From Amphiscolops sp. MND2022 (taxonomy: Eukaryota), in the NCBI GenBank assembly GCA_964187785.1, contig OZ076410.1, forward strand, positions 57,226,001 through 57,290,000: a DNA stretch of 64,000 bases, in the 5' to 3' direction. The notes under the pieces are model-generated. The model had not been told where the DNA came from. It ran no database searches and saw only the letters and a program-made list of their open reading frames with translations. This document shows positions 11,630 through 25,503 of this stretch, piece by piece. Positions within the stretch are counted from its first letter, which is position 1; each line of letters starts with the position of its first letter. A program made the position numbers and the translations under genes.

Positions 11630-14600
11630 TATCGCTGAGAAGAGTGGGAAAGAGGTATCCAGAGGAGAGGAGGGTCTTGTGGAAGCTCGGTTGGTGATTG
11701 CAAAGACAGACGAAGCTGAGTGTGAGGCAGGTCAACAGTCAATTTCAACTCCAGGACAGTCTCCGCCCAAAGCTGGGTTCGGTGGGTTTGACGGGCATGA
11801 CAGCGATGAGGATGACGATGTAGCAACCAGTGATGATAACAGTGATGAAGCTTCCCGTCATTCCTTTGGGAGTGAAGCTCGGCAACCTCTAGATTATCCC
11901 TGTGAACTCGAAGGTCATTTCTTTAGCTGATTGTTAATGGCCAGTTAACAATAGTTGATGCTAGTATTCAGTCGCGTCTTTTCTTCTACCGTTTCATTAC
12001 AGTAGGGGTTGATTCTGATGACGTGGATTTCCGGTCAAGGGCTCACACTGCCAAAGGATATGTTCGTCAGAGTAAGCCTCTGAGTTCCACTCGTGAGGGG
12101 GTTGCAGCTAAACGCTCTCGTTTTGTGGGGCAGTGTGGAACCAGTGCCGATCCTGGGCCTTCCAGTAAATTTAGTAGGTATCCGTTTTACTGAGATCATA
12201 GAGGGTTTGAGGGTCATAATCGTGAGTGTGCTTTTCATGTTTTAGGTGCCCCCCGTGCTCTTCTATGCAGGAAATTGTTTGCTGATTTGGGTGAGAGTTC
12301 TGGTGGCAACGTTATGGGTACTCTGGCAGAGGGTGATTCGACAAGTGTTGCTGAGGCAAGTCCTTCTCAGGTGTTTGGTATCCGGCCGGCACGAACGCAC
12401 GCAGCATGCCCGACCTGCAGAAGCTTGGAGCGTTTTGTGCTCCATCATCAATGGGAAAGGGATTGGTGTTTTTTTCTTTGTTCTCTCAGCTAAAAGAGAA
12501 ATTTCTTTTGTTGTGATGCATGCTTTCAGATTTGGTTGCTGTGTTATCCTTTGTGCCAGCCGTCAATATCCAGTGGTTTTTGATTTCAGCTGGGTTGACC
12601 GATGACCCGAGTGGTGCTGTGTGCATGTCGTCCTCGCAGGTTCTTGCTTTTCGTCAAGGTGCAGCTCGTCTTGAGCGGAGTCATGTCCAACGCGAGGAGC
12701 GTTCCCTGTCACGACATAAGTGGATAGTACTGTTTGTTGAATTGGGTTTTCTGTTTCTTCCACTGGTTCGTACAGATTTGTGTTCAAGATTGTTCTATTC
12801 GTGTTGTTGATTGTTTGTGTTTTGGATGCTTTGCTTCGTAATGTCGTTTGTGTTATGCGTCATTCCCAAGTATTTGTTTTAGGCATTGAGAAGATGTGGC
12901 CCTTTTCAAAAAGAAAGGCATCCGTATGCATCGGTCGCGGTCCCAGGATGACGTCATTCAGACTGCCAAAGCAAAACTCTGTGCGGCATTGGAGGCGAAG
13001 AGACGTCGACAGTCTATTTGTGAGTCGTTGGAATGACAAAGTCCCCAATGGATTCAATTGTGCGATTTCTCACAAAGATGTATCTTTCATGAGTCAGGTC
13101 GAGCCTGAGATTTGGCGCCATTTCGGAAGTAAACTACACTTCCTCAGGGACTGTCGCTATCGTCTCGACCACGAGGACTACTTGTATATCACCCGCTATG
13201 ACAGGGTGCCAGTGTCATCCTTATCGGCTGAGTTGCGAGCTGAAATCGAAAAGAGTCCAGCTGTTGTCCTGGGGAAGAAGAATCCCTTCGTGGAAAATGA
13301 AGTTAATGCGTTGGTCAGCGTCGAGTCGAAGGTTACACCCTCTTTTCGGATTGGCGGCCCATTTGATTTGCTGAGGTTGGGGGGGGGGGGGGTTTACACG
13401 AGTTCTTGAGGCGATTGTGGAACCAATTCCGAGCTACCCTCCCAATCATTTCCAACTGCGCGCAAAACCGAATCCCTTGTTATCGTCGGGCCGACTTTGT
13501 ATCCACGGACTCTTCGTCGTTTACAGGGGTGGATGAAAGACTCCTTATTCAGTGTTAGTCTGCGGAAGGATCAGGACGGACTGCGTTTCTTCATTCACTG
13601 TGTGTCCTATGATGCTCTTCGTGAGATATGTGTGCTATGGGGTCGCGAATCAACTGGGTTGTGCGATGTCATGATTACTAGCCTGTCACCGTATCGCCAG
13701 TATCGTTGCGGGGTTGTTGTGCAACTCTATTTAATGTGGTAAAGGAATGGGTTTGTGACCAGGGGCGCCCAAAGCCGATGTTTGTCGCTGAAAACACTCC
13801 GGAGTGTTTGAAGGAACATGTACAAGAGCCAGGAACATTTGATACTGTTTCGTTGGTTCCTTTTGTTTTGTTGGAATCTTTACTTCTTCGTCTGCATCGA
13901 ACTGTAACTTAACCTTGGATGCATGGGATGGTTGCATTACGGAAGTGTGACTACAGCGCGACATTTCGTTTACGTCTTTGACAGTTGTGCTGAACAAAAT
14001 AGTTCGACATTGGAGTGACATCAAACTGTTCCTGGTCGAAAGCCTTGTGGCATCTACATCTCGGAGTAAACCTATTCAGGACTTAAGCCAGATGGTCTAG
14101 GCTGATGGTCGTGTCTTATGATAAGGCTGCTTTGAAGCGAATTTCGCAAAGCAGTTTGTGTCGGAGATCACTGACTACAGTAGTCGAAGCTATGCGGAAT
14201 ATTGCTTTTTTCTATTGGAGTTTGCTCGGCAAAGTTAACAAACTGTCGGAATTACCCGAGATTGACGCCTGGAGTGAATACATCGGCAAGCTTCTACTAC
14301 TTGGTCAGCCGTATCTTATTTAGACTGTTTGAGGACTGAACATCTTGGTCACCGCTTTGGCTGGGTATAGTGAGCCCAATTGTCGGAAGTTCCATCGTGA
14401 TGGTCTTGGGTTCATGATGGAGTTTTTGAAGGCACTGAATAGATCCGTTTCTATGGATTTTTTGCCTTGCCTCAAATCTGAGTTGTTTCTCCCCTGAAAT
14501 AACTTTGCAGGGTGACGAGGCCTATACGGTGGAGTTGTTCCAATGTCTTGTGGCATGCTATCAAGAGTGTGGGCGACTGACTGCTTTGGAAGTGGAAAGG

Positions 14601-15405
14601 GCGTGTAATGAAATCAAGTCTTTCCTTTTAGAAGTGCGACGTCGAATCGGAAGGTTGTGTCGTCGATGAAAGACTGTTTCAGTTTTATGCGACAGTCAGA
14701 GGCTTTAACTTTCGGGAACATTTGGCGCATGTCGCTCAGCTGTCTTCCGTTTTGGTGAATCACCGCGAGGTTATTATCCCGATGTGGAAATTACTCTCAG
14801 TGGAGTTGCTGTGTCGCATAAGGTTCTTACATCTGCTATCTTGGCTGTTCAATCGTATGTCTCCTTTCCCAGTTTCAGTTCCGGAGAGTTGTTGACAAAG
14901 GACTGCTTGGATGACCTAAAGGTGAATTTGCCCAATGGTAGGTCATTTACAGATGCTACGTTTTCCATTGGTCGTCACTGTATTGTGTTTAGCATCAGGA
15001 CTTATATCGTGGTTTACGAGATCGTTTCGATGCGTATTTCTTGGAGCAGATGGACGACTGGCGTCACCGCATGGGTACGTTATCCGAACAGCCTCTTGTG
15101 GGCTCCGGTGGTTCGAGTGTTTCTCCTTTTTTTTCTGCTGACATAGCTCTGTTTGATGCACAGGGTAGTTCAATTGTCCTGCTGTTGCTGCTAGTGCTAT
15201 AAGTTTGCCACCGAAGACTGTGCCTTCGGGCGTTGAACTACTTTCAATGAGTCCTATTTGTTATTCAGTACTGGCTTCTCGAGTGGCATGACTCAAATTT
15301 TACAGCAGAGACGGCAAGAGCGACGGGGAATTCCGTTTGTTGAAAAAACTAGGTCCCCAAAAAGCCCCCAAAAGCAAGGGGAAAGCAATGGCAACCTCTG
15401 CAACC
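11630..15405 (+). pseudogene. Multi-exon ZnF/hAT-like gene, member B, left-arm copy
   Basis: Acidic, Ser-rich N-terminal exons; acceptors at 12245 and 12882; ZnF CAIS-x16-HFGSKLH (second Cys changed to Ser); then DSLFSVSL and a long helical region broken by frameshifts. Confidence 0.7.
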
Positions 15406-15605
15406 NNNNNNNNNNNNNNNNNNNNNNNNNNNNNNNNNNNNNNNNNNNNNNNNNNNNNNNNNNNNNNNNNNNNNNNNNNNNNNNNNNNNNNNNNNNNNNN
15501 NNNNNNNNNNNNNNNNNNNNNNNNNNNNNNNNNNNNNNNNNNNNNNNNNNNNNNNNNNNNNNNNNNNNNNNNNNNNNNNNNNNNNNNNNNNNNNNNNNNN
15601 NNNNN
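15406..15605. other. Assembly gap of exactly 200 N at the axis of the inverted duplication
   Basis: N run counted directly. A round length indicates a scaffolding placeholder, so the true size is unknown. Confidence 0.99.
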
Positions 15606-15703
15606 CCATACAATGAGCAAATGGTGGCCCCGAACCAGAGAGTCTCGAATTATCCTCAAAGACGGACTGCCTAACCGGCAGTACTACGGAGAAACTGGGA
15701 AAG

Positions 15704-18700
15704 TTAATATAAATATATATATATTACACATATATTGCGTAATGCGCTTTTCCCATAATGGTCAATCGTATTCAGGTTGCAGAGGCTGCCATTGCTTTCC
15801 CCTTGCTTTTGGGGGCCTTTTGGGGACATTGTTTTTTCAACAAACGGAATTCCCCGTCGCTCTTGCCGTCTCTGCTGTAAAATTTGAGTCATGCCACTCG
15901 AGAAGCCAGGACTGAATAACAAATTGGACTCATTGAAAGTAGTTAAACCGCCCGAAGGCACAGTCTTCGGTGGCAAACTAAGAGCACTAGCAGCAACAGC
16001 AGGACAATTGGAACTACCCTGTGCATCAAACAGAGCAATGTCAGCAGAAAAAAAAGGAGAAACACTCGAACCACCGGAGCTCACAAGAGGCTGTTCGGAT
16101 AACGTACCCATGCAGTGACGCCAGTCGTCCATCTGCTCCAAGAAATACGCATCGAAACGATCTCGTAAACCACGATGTAAGTCCTGATGCTAAACACAAT
16201 ACAGTGACGACCAATGGAAAACGTAGCATCTCTTGTAAATGACCTACCATTGGGCAAATTCACCTTTAGGTCATCCAAGCAGTCCTTTGTCAACAACTCT
16301 CCGGAACTCAAACTGGGAAAGGAGACATACGATTGAACAGCCAAGATAGCAGAGGTAAGAACCTTATGCGACACAGCAACTCCACTGAAAGTAATTTCCA
16401 CATCGGGATAATAACCTCGCGGTGAATCACCAAAACGGAAGACAGCTGAGCGACATGCGCCAAATGTTCCCGACAAGTTAAGGCCTCTGACTGTCGCATA
16501 AAACTGAAACAAACTTTCATCGACGACACAACCTTCCGATTCGACGTCGCACTTCTAAAAGGAAAGACTTGATTTCATTACACGCCCTTTCCGCTTCCAA
16601 AGCAGTCAGTCGCCCACACTCTTGATAGCATGCCACAAGACATTGGAACAACTCCACCGTATAGGCCTCGTCACCCTGCAAAACTATTTCAGGGGAGAAA
16701 CAACTCAGATTTGAGGCAAGGCGAAAATCCATAGAAACGGGGCTATTCAGTGCCTTCAAAAACTCCATCATGAACCCAAGACCATCACGATGGAACTTCC
16801 GACAATTGGGCTCACTATAACCAGTCAAAGCGGTGACGAAGATGTTCAGTCCTCAAACAGTCTAAATAAGATACGGCCGACCAAGTAGTAGAAGCTTGCC
16901 GATGTATTCACTCCAGGCGTCAATCTCGGGTAATTCCGACAGTTTGTTAACTTTGCCGAGCAAACTCCAATAGAAAAAAGCAATATTCCGCATAGCTTCG
17001 ACTACTGTAGTCAGTGATCTCCGACACAAACTGCTTTGCGAAATTCGCTTCAAAGCAGCCTTATCATAAGACACGACCATCAGCCTAGACCATCTGGCTT
17101 AAGTCCTGAATAGGTTTACTCCGAGATGTAGATGCCACAAGGCTTTCGACCAGGAACAGTTTGATGTCACTCCAATGTCGAACTATTTCGTTCAGCACAA
17201 CTGTCAAGGACGTAAACGAAATGTCGCGCTGCCGTCACACTTCCGTAATGCCACCATCCCATGCATCCAAGGTTAAGTTACAGTTCGATGCAGACGAAGA
17301 AGTAAAGATTCCAACAAAACAAAAGGATCCAACGAAACAGTATCAATTGTTCCCACCTCTTCTACATGTTCCTTCAAACACACTGGAGTGTTTTCAGAGA
17401 CAAACATCGGCTTTGGGCGCCCCTGGTCACAAACCCATTCCTTTACCACATTAAATAGAGTTGCACAACAATCCCGCAACGATACTGGCGATACGGTGAC
17501 AGGCTAGTAATCATGACATCGCACAACCCAGTTGATTCGCGATCCCATAGCACACATATCTCACGAAGAGCATCATAGGACACACAGTGAATGAAGGAAC
17601 GCAGTCCGTCCTGATCCTTCCGCAGACTAACACTGAAAAAGGAGTCTTTCATCCACCCCTGTAACCGACGAAGAGTCCGTGGATACAAAGTCGGCCCGGC
17701 GATAACAAAGGATTCGGTTTTGCGCGCAGTTGGAAATGATTGGGAGGGTAGCTCGAAATTGGTTCCACAATCGCCTCAAGAGCTCGTGTAAACCCCCCAC
17801 ATCTCAGCAAATCAAATGGGCCGCCAATCTGAATAGAGGGTGTAACCTTCGACTCGACGCTGACCAACGCATTAACTTCATTTTCCACGAAGGAATTCTT
17901 CTTCCCCAGGACAACAGCTGGACTCTTTTCGATTTCAGCTCGCAACTCAGCCGATAAGGAAGACACTGGCACCCTGTCATAGCGGGCGATATACAAGTAG
18001 TCCTCGTGGTCGAGACGATAGCGACAGTCCCTGAGGAAGTGTAGTTTACTTCCAAAATGGCGCCAAATCTCAGGCTCGACCTGACTCATGAAAGATACAT
18101 CTTTATGAGAAATCGCACAATTGAATCCATTGGGGACTTTGTCATTCCAACGACTCACAAATAGACTGTCGACGTCTCTTCGCCTCCAATGCCGCACAGA
18201 GAATTGCTTTGGCAGTCTGAATGACGTCATCCCGGGACCGCGACCGATGCATACGGATGCCTTTCTTTTTGAAAAGGGCCACATCTTCTCAATGCCTAAA
18301 ACAAATACTTTGGAATGACGCATAACACAAACGACATTACGAAGCACAGCATCCAAAACACAAACAATCAACAACACGAATAGAACAATCTCGAACACAA
18401 ATCTGTACGAACCAGTGGAAGAAACAGAAAACCCAATTCAACAAACAGTACTATACTCTTACGTGGTGACAGGGAATGCTCCTCGCGTTGGACATGCCTC
18501 CGCTCAATACGAGCTGCACCTTGACGATAAGCAAGTACCTGCGAGGACGACATGCACACAGCACCACTCGGGACATCGGCCAACCCAGCTGAAATCAAAA
18601 ACCACTGGATATTGACGGCTCGCACCAAGGATAACACAGCAACCAAATCTAGAAGCATGCATCACAACAAAAGAAATTTCTCTTTTAGCTGAGAGAACAA

Positions 18701-19720
18701 AGAAAAAAACACCAATCCCTTTCCCATTGATGATGAAGCACAAAACGCTTCAAACTTCTGCAGGTCGGGCATGCTGCGTGCGTTCGTGCCGGCCGGATAC
18801 CAAACACCTGAGAAGGACTTGCCTCAGCAACACTTGTCGAATCACCCTCTGCCAGAGTACCCATAACGTTGCCACCAGAACTCTCACCCAAATCAGCAAA
18901 CAATTTCCTGCATAGAAGAGCACGGGGGCACCTAAAACATGAGAAGCACACGTGCGTTCGTGCCGGCCGGATACCAAACACCTGAGAAGGACTTGCCTCA
19001 GCAACACTTGTCGAATCACCCTCTGCCAGAGTACCCATAACGTTGCCACCAGAACTCTCACCCAAATCAGCAAACAATTTCCTGCATAGAAGAGCACGGG
19101 GGGCACCTAAAACATGAGAAGCACACTCACGATTATGACCCTCAAACCCTGTATGATCTCAGTAAAACGGATACCTACTAAATTTACTGGAAGGCCCAGG
19201 ATCGGCACTGGTTCCACATCGCCCCACAAAACAAGAGCGTTTAGCTGCAACCCCCTCACGAGTGGAACTCAGACGCTTACTCTGACGAACATATCCTTTT
19301 GGCAGTGTGAGCCCGTGACCGGAAATCCACGTCATCAGAATCAACCCCTACAGTAATAAAATGGTAGATGAAAAGACGCGTCTGAATACTAGCATCAACT
19401 ATTGTTAACTGGCCATTAACAATCAGCTAAAGAAATGACCTTCGAGTTCACAGGGACAATCTAGAGATTGCCGAGCATCACTACCAGAGGAATGACGGGA
19501 AGCTTCATCACTGTTATCATCACTGGTTGCTACATCGTCATCCTCATCGCTGTCATGCCTGTCAAACCCACCGAACCCAGCTCTGGGCGGAGACTGTCCT
19601 GGAGTTGAAATTGACTGTTGACCTGCCTCACACTCAGCTTCGTCTGTCTTTGCAATCACCAACCGAGCTTCCACAAGACCCTCCTCTCCTCTGGATACCT
19701 CTTTTCCACTCTTCTCAGCG
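15704..19720 (-). pseudogene. Multi-exon ZnF/hAT-like gene, member B, right-arm copy
   Basis: GT-AG introns 19174-18932 (phase 2), 18755-18649 (phase 1) and 18462-18296 (phase 1) join ORFs 19344-19159, 19077-18685, 18658-18368 and 18398-17649 in frame. The downstream part is fragmented. Confidence 0.75.
18777..19125. repeat. 174-bp tandem duplication of one exon with its splice acceptor, right arm only
   Basis: Units start at 18777 and 18951. The left arm has a single copy at ~12230-12400. Confidence 0.95.
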
Positions 19721-19736
19721 ATAGAAGAATAGACAC

Positions 19737-19790
<54 letters not shown>

Positions 19791-21173
19791 ATATCTATCT
19801 ATCTATCTCTTTCTGTGTCTCACCTGACTCCACTCCACAGACTTCTCTCCTTCAGAAAGCTTCGGCAACACTTTTTGTCACTCCAATCTCCTGAGACCGA
19901 GCAAAACGAGCAGTATCCTCGTCAGTCGAATCTGCCATGCTTTGAACAATACAATCTGAAATAATACCATTCAATCGAAGACGTGGCGTGAAACCAATGA
20001 AAGCACTAGTATCAAAAAATATTATTATGACGTAATGGAAATCATTCAGTCTGCCAGTTGAAAACGCAACCGGCGTGAACAAGATTAAAGGAAAAAGAAA
20101 TCATTACTTGAACGTTTAACTAATCCTTGAGCAGTCGTCTACTCCACTACAATTTTTTGTAATACTCTCTTTACTGAGATTAAACGAAAGCTGTCACAAA
20201 AATTCAAGTTATCTAACCATCGTTTCCTATTAGATCGCGACCAAGACAGCTACCAACAATTACCCCAAGCACAATCAACATTGAAGATTAGTGACGCACA
20301 ACAAGAATCAGTATTTGAAAATCGTTATGAAATTGTCAAAACGGATGACGGCCATATTGTTTTGGATCATGAGGTAGCCATTAGATTGCTACTTCATACG
20401 GCAAAAGAAGACCAACCAATTTATTGCCGCTTTACAATACATAATGCAGTGATCCCTGACGATACATTTATGAGCCCGCCCTGAAAATACGACCATATGG
20501 CTATTCAGCCCCATTGATGGAACAACTTGCCCAGTCTCTAGCAACCCAAGCTCAGTTAGTTATTTTTCGGGCAGCGATTTGACAACTGATTCATCCAGGA
20601 TGTCATATGACTCAATGATTCAGTTTGTCTTTCGACCATCTATATCATCACCCTTCAGGCCACTTTCTCCACTTCCTCCAATAGTGGACGCCCCTCAAGA
20701 AAACCGGGGACTGTCGCAGCCCCGACAGTGCTGCGAGACTCTAAACATAAGAGGAACGCCAGAGGAAGAAAGCGAAAAGATGACAAGAAAAAGACTGGAA
20801 AATCACCATAAAACCTGAAAGGGAAAACAACCAGCAAACTATTTTTGGACAATAATAAATATTCATATAAATGTACTACTAATGATAATAACACCATTGT
20901 GCAGTACCTGCAATACATACATATGTAAATAGTTGTATAATAATAAGTGCGGTAGTTTGTTTACGGTCAAACAGCCAGGGCGTTGACTGAATTCAATTCA
21001 GCTAGCGCGTCAACCAGCAGCGGCCGACAGCAACTAATATTACTTGTTCTCGCCTATTAATCAATTAGCGTTTAGCGCAATTATGTTCGCTAAACTGAGA
21101 CAACCTCCCAGGCAGCATACCAGTCATGCAAAGATGGGACGCACGCTCAGTCGCTCGACTGAAAAGTTTGATG

Positions 21174-22680
21174 TGTGATTGCAATTAAACGATGCCAAAT
21201 GTGATTCTAATAGTAATACAGGGCTTAAAAAGACTTTTTCCAGAAAAGAACACTGAAAGTGAACCAAAGGAATGATATTAATGATGATTTAATACTATGA
21301 TTGTAAAAATGAGCTTTTCAAAATTGAGTCAACAGCCCTGGCAATCGACTAAAATCTTCTGTCTAGGTCGGCAGCCAGGATAACCTACTCGTCATTATAA
21401 TTGAAAGACCGCATTGATGTGTTGTCAATTACTAGTTATCCTACCCATTGTGTGTTATTGTGTTGAATTAGAGATACTCTTAATACTCCCGACGTAATTT
21501 GAAGCTGCAAAATGAGGCTACATGAAGTTGACTTTGAGTCAACCACCAGGACGACTAACATGTAACTGTCGACTATTATACCGTTTGCCAGTGTCATGAG
21601 TGGAATAGTTCACGTAATTTACTAAATTATGAATCTTGGATAATGGTTAATTCATATCCGTTGATTGTTGCCATTCATCCATTGATTCAACGTCCTCCCC
21701 CTCCCCCAATAATTCGAGAAGTGATGAATGATGACGATGTCTGAAGTTTGTTTGAGTGTCAGTCCTCTATATTGAGTGCAGTTTCGTAATCCATTTCTTT
21801 GTGATATTTTTTTATCGAAAAAAAAATCATTTCCTATTCCCGCTTCAGTAGCTAGGTTCATGAACTTCAGTGCCTACTTTGACTCGGCGTCTTGAAAAAG
21901 CGGTGAATGAAGAAGAAAGGTAGGCGGAATTGGGTAGCGGCAGGAAATGAGATGAAGCAGACCGTCGAGTCACGAGGAAGCTTACTTTATTTGGCTTTCC
22001 CCGCTTTATAAGTACACCGAATTGAACAAGGTGTGAATTCACGCGCGAGGTTTTTCCCACGTGTCTAGCGTAAAGTATACATACCTGGCGCGGGATTAGG
22101 AAAGGACTCAAGATTATTTTCAATTCTCGTGTAAACTTGAATTTGTTACTTGTTTTCTAATTGATAAAACTCAATCTCGTTTACTTTAAGTTCCATACTT
22201 CGATCAGTTTGCATCTCTTGCATGTATTACTATTGTTTCAACTAGTGTTTTGTCAGTTGATAGACTGAATTGTTTCCCAGTTCCTAAAGAATGACTCGAT
22301 AATTAATCTATTACCTGTTTTCCACTCAAACTATGCCAGAAAAATATCATAAGTGCATAGTAAAAAGTGACCCTTCTAGTAGCCACTCAGATGTAGAAGT
22401 AGCGAGTTTATCTAACGACGAGAACATCCAGCTGTCAGAACGAACTTTCGAAGATATCTCTAACAAAATCGAAAACAAAATCTCTAAACGTTTGCGAGAT
22501 GCTGAATTTGGCCAAAGGGAAATCTTAAGGCTGATTGAGAATCTATCCTCCAAAGTATATAACTTGTCCAGCGCTTCATCTGAACAGGGGTGTTCAGCTG
22601 TTACAATCGAGCATAATGAGAATGTCCATGAGGAAATATCCGAAAACAATTTTCCAAGTAACCTAAAGTCCAACACTACA
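21174..22680 (+). mobile_element. Solo LTR (1507 bp), right-arm copy
   Basis: TGTGATT...ACTACA with TSD TGATG at 21169-21173 and 22681-22685. Contains the ATG ORF 22333-22683. Confidence 0.9.
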
Positions 22681-23972
22681 TGATGATTTAATGTTGTTAC
22701 GTAACTATCTGTCGGTATTGAAATGTACAGAGTTATGTTTTACAACAAACTCATGTATTCGTCCGACGTATGTCTTGCAATGTAAGATTTTGTAATTTTG
22801 CTTACATGTGCATAAATGCGTACGTACAAATACCAGAATCATATCGATATCGCATAAACGACAATCCAATTCTATATTCTCATCCAGATATTGAGCTTTT
22901 CCTAGCATCATTGATAATGGTATTTCCGTAAAGTGACTCAATATTTATTTCATTTTCTTTATAAATTTTCATTTGTGTTCACGCCGACGTGATTTGACGT
23001 TACATCCGACGAAAGCTGCGTTTCACCAAAGGCGAGATCGAGCACCAGATAGCTCAACATACGAAAAATTTTTAATACATTTTGACGTTATATTCGAAGT
23101 AACTTGCATTTTCCTAAGGAACGAGGACAAAAAAGGAGGGTTCGAAAAAAGGAGGGTTCAGAACGGCACTTCGATGTGCCCCAGCACGGTATATCCAAAC
23201 TTTTGAAGCGTTTTCCGAGCACGAAAGGCACCTTCGGGTGTTTCGACTCTTTTTTGTTAGTTTCTCATTTTAAAAAGTCTTTAAAAATGCGCTTTTTGAG
23301 CCTCAAGTGTAGCGCCGACTTGAGACGTTTAGACAAGAATTCCATCTTGTTTGAGAGCAGATTATCGTCAATTATTGTATGATTTGAGTTATTATACGGA
23401 GTTTCCCATTCAACAAAACAATTTTTGTGTGCAGTTTTTTGTGGACAAAGTTTTGTGAACTAATGTTTTTCTTGCATATAGTATGGATATCGACTCCGAC
23501 AATCCAATAAGAGGGAACGTACTACCTCACATTACTATTTCTTTGAATGAAAGTAATGCGTATTTATTAAATTCAAAAAGGGTAACAAAAACGTCATCTT
23601 GAGAAGCCTGAGAAGCTCTAAGTAAGTAAGAGATTTTGTAAAAGCTATGTAAGTAAGAGAATGATGGTACGATGCTTGTGGAGTGAGAGTTGAACTTCGG
23701 GGGTTTGTGCCCTCGGAGCGGGCTCCTACTATCTGGGTCGTCTAACTACCATCATCTACCCAGTGTTCGAAGCCATGGAACCCTTGCCATGATCATGGTA
23801 AGTCTTGCTAAATCATGGTTAACCATGGCACCCTTGTCAAGATCATAGCAAGATCGTGGCAAGATCTTGACAAGATAACCATGGTAAGACATGTAAGCTG
23901 GTATTAATTGTGCATAATTTATTCTTTCCGCAGAAATTCCTTGTAGTCTGCAATTTTTGAATTAGCCATTGT

Positions 23973-25503
23973 TGTCCCAGGCGGCCACCTGTGATGGGAA
24001 TCTGTATTCAATGAGCCACAGCTACCAAAGAGCCCTGCCGAATACCCTCCCAATAAATTAAAACTTGTTCGGAAAGTAATATTTCGATTGCTTAGTATTA
24101 GTTGATTTTATACTCAATGTAAAATGTTAGATGCTGTTACTATTCATATGTATATTAATGTACGGTGAATTTGAAATTGGACACCAAGGCGTACAGGCAA
24201 AGGAAACGAGTTCAAATGTTTTCTTGCCTGTCGCCTTGGACAAAGCATCCAATTTGAAATCAACCAATCAGAGAGCAGTATTTAGTTATGTACATGTACA
24301 GTTGCTATTAAACCAATATGGCGGTATTAGTACCTGCGCCGTACTTGGCTTTCATTCTCACGGCTTGGAAATAAATAAAGGACAGCGTGTCCACTTTGAC
24401 ACAAGCCGACAATGCTGTTATTTTAGATAGTTGAAAGCTGCTCTATTAGTTGCTATAATAAGACAGCGTGGATACTTGACCATTCCTGTACCTTGAAAGT
24501 ACAGAAATTAAAATCATGATGCTTACTATATTAGATACATTCTAGCTAATATGGCTAGAAAAGTCATGTTATAAAACATGATACATGAATTGTTGCTTTT
24601 ACATGTTAATATATGTAATTCTTGGCTGTTATTGTCATTGTAGCCATGGAGGCCGTATTAATATTCAGTCACCGCTAGCCCTTTGAAGTATATATTTAGT
24701 GTGTTGATGACATCACGGTGCTATTTTTAGCCGTTATGTTCTAAAAATAGATGCATGACACCCTGAATTTAGATCATCACCCCCGCCCTAACTATAAATA
24801 CCCAGGACTAGCTGTCCTCGGGGACACAATTTGACAAGCGATATTATTATCAGTTTCACCTTTTGATAATACTCAGATACAAATTATTAACCGTTCAGTT
24901 GTTAATAACCGATTACTAGAATAATTTAAAAATTACCTCTAGTACAACCATTTATGCCTTCCACAAGAAGACAGAAAGCTAAGGCAAGAAAGTCTAGAGA
25001 AATGGACATGATGTCCGATATGGACAACTTGGACGTAATGTTAGGTAATGGGAGTGAAAATCCTATTGAGAGAGAAATAGCAGATGCCATTGAACAATCA
25101 TCAGTACAAGGAGATATTGAGACGAGTGAATACCTGGAGAATCAGTATACTAATTTTCCTCATGAAAATAATCTTCCTAGACAAGATGACATAAGACAAT
25201 CCCTTGAGACCTTTTCAAACGAGTTCAACCTTAGACTGTCACAGGAAATGGATTCAATGATGTCTATGGTACATAGTCAGATAAACAGGGCAATTAGCAA
25301 TGCTATTTCTGAGAGAGTCATTCCTGAAATCCAGAACATTGTGAGTTCTATGTCTTCCACAGGAAATAGGGACACTGAGGCTAGTGTTTTCCCGAATAGC
25401 CAGGAAAATAGGGAATGTTCATCCGGGTTTAAATCAAAATTTGCAAAGAAGGACTCACAGTCTGCATGTGATTTAAGAGACATTGCAGGTCGTAGTCATT
25501 ACA
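23973..25503 (+). mobile_element. Solo LTR (1531 bp) nested in the CACTA-like element
   Basis: TGTCCCAGG...CATTACA with TSD ATTGT at 23968-23972 and 25504-25508. Its start resembles the LTR start at 34311. Confidence 0.9.

Larger units (their letters stand above)
3671..15405 (+). repeat. Left arm of ~30-kb inverted duplication
   Basis: Reverse-complement match to 15775-33659 (3671 pairs with 33659; 15405 with ~15775). Mirrored ORF pairs occur throughout, e.g. 7195/30852, 8466/22941, 9284/22123, 14105/17080. Confidence 0.95.

Noticed and set aside
15258-15915. Long ORFs crossing 15406-15605
   Set aside because: They are open only because the N run translates as X.
11630-21170. Claim that member B also lies inside an LTR retrotransposon
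   Set aside because: No pol, PBS, PPT or bounding LTR could be identified around it, and the gap removes the side where pol would lie. Left open.
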